From NCBI GenBank assembly GCA_964234715.1, contig OZ174279.1: a stretch of DNA of 64,000 nt. The stretch is one strand, 5' to 3'. Every line of letters begins with the position of its first letter. Position 1 is the stretch's first letter. A program made the translations under genes and the position numbers. The notes under the pieces are model-generated. The model was not told the origin of the DNA. It did not search any database and was given only the letters and a program-made list of their open reading frames with translations. Positions 63,910-64,000 of the stretch are shown here, one piece after another. Source of the stretch: Podarcis melisellensis. Lineage: Eukaryota.

Positions 63910-64000
63910 AATACTCAATACAAAGGAGAATATTGGGCAGAGAATCCAACAATTAAAATGTTCTGGGAAGTTTTTCATGAGTTACCACTGGAGAAGAAGA
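63910..64000 (+). CDS. HERC4: HERC4 coding exon 23, cut by window end (NTQYKGEYWAENPTIKMFWEVFHELPLEKK...)
   Basis: tcttag| then open frame to 64000; catalytic Cys and stop lie beyond the window. Confidence 0.95.

Noticed and set aside
43379-64000. U12-type or non-canonical introns, or pseudogenisation of HERC4
   Set aside because: All junctions are GT-AG, none has a GTATCCT donor, and the frame is intact.

Overview
Eukaryotic genomic DNA from a squamate, most likely a lacertid lizard; the organism is inferred from Sauria-type and other squamate SINEs, BovB remnants and lizard-type MITEs. The window covers the divergent MYPN-HERC4 locus. Minus strand: the large first coding exon of myopalladin (MYPN, 9202-10076). 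I found no later MYPN exon in 1-9200, so they probably lie left of the window; candidate non-coding 5' exons lie upstream. Plus strand: the HERC4 CpG-island promoter (~38.4-39.2 kb) and 23 coding exons of the RCC1-like/HECT E3 ligase HERC4 (43379 to window end, last exon cut off). All junctions are GT-AG and the frame is continuous, including a 24-nt microexon that the ORF track misses. The rest is intron and intergenic DNA with SINEs, LINE remnants (CR1, L2, BovB, Penelope-like), TA-flanked Tc1/mariner-superfamily MITEs, hAT/Harbinger-like MITEs and small tandem duplications. I found no convincing new multi-gene system. The best leads are the microexon, an unexplained pre-miRNA-sized hairpin in the MYPN intron, a palindrome-bearing MITE nested in a SINE, a SINE deletion with a templated-insertion scar, a G-quadruplex run next to the likely HERC4 first donor, and candidate unannotated MYPN exons. 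Repeat family names and comparisons to human genes come from memory, not from searches.
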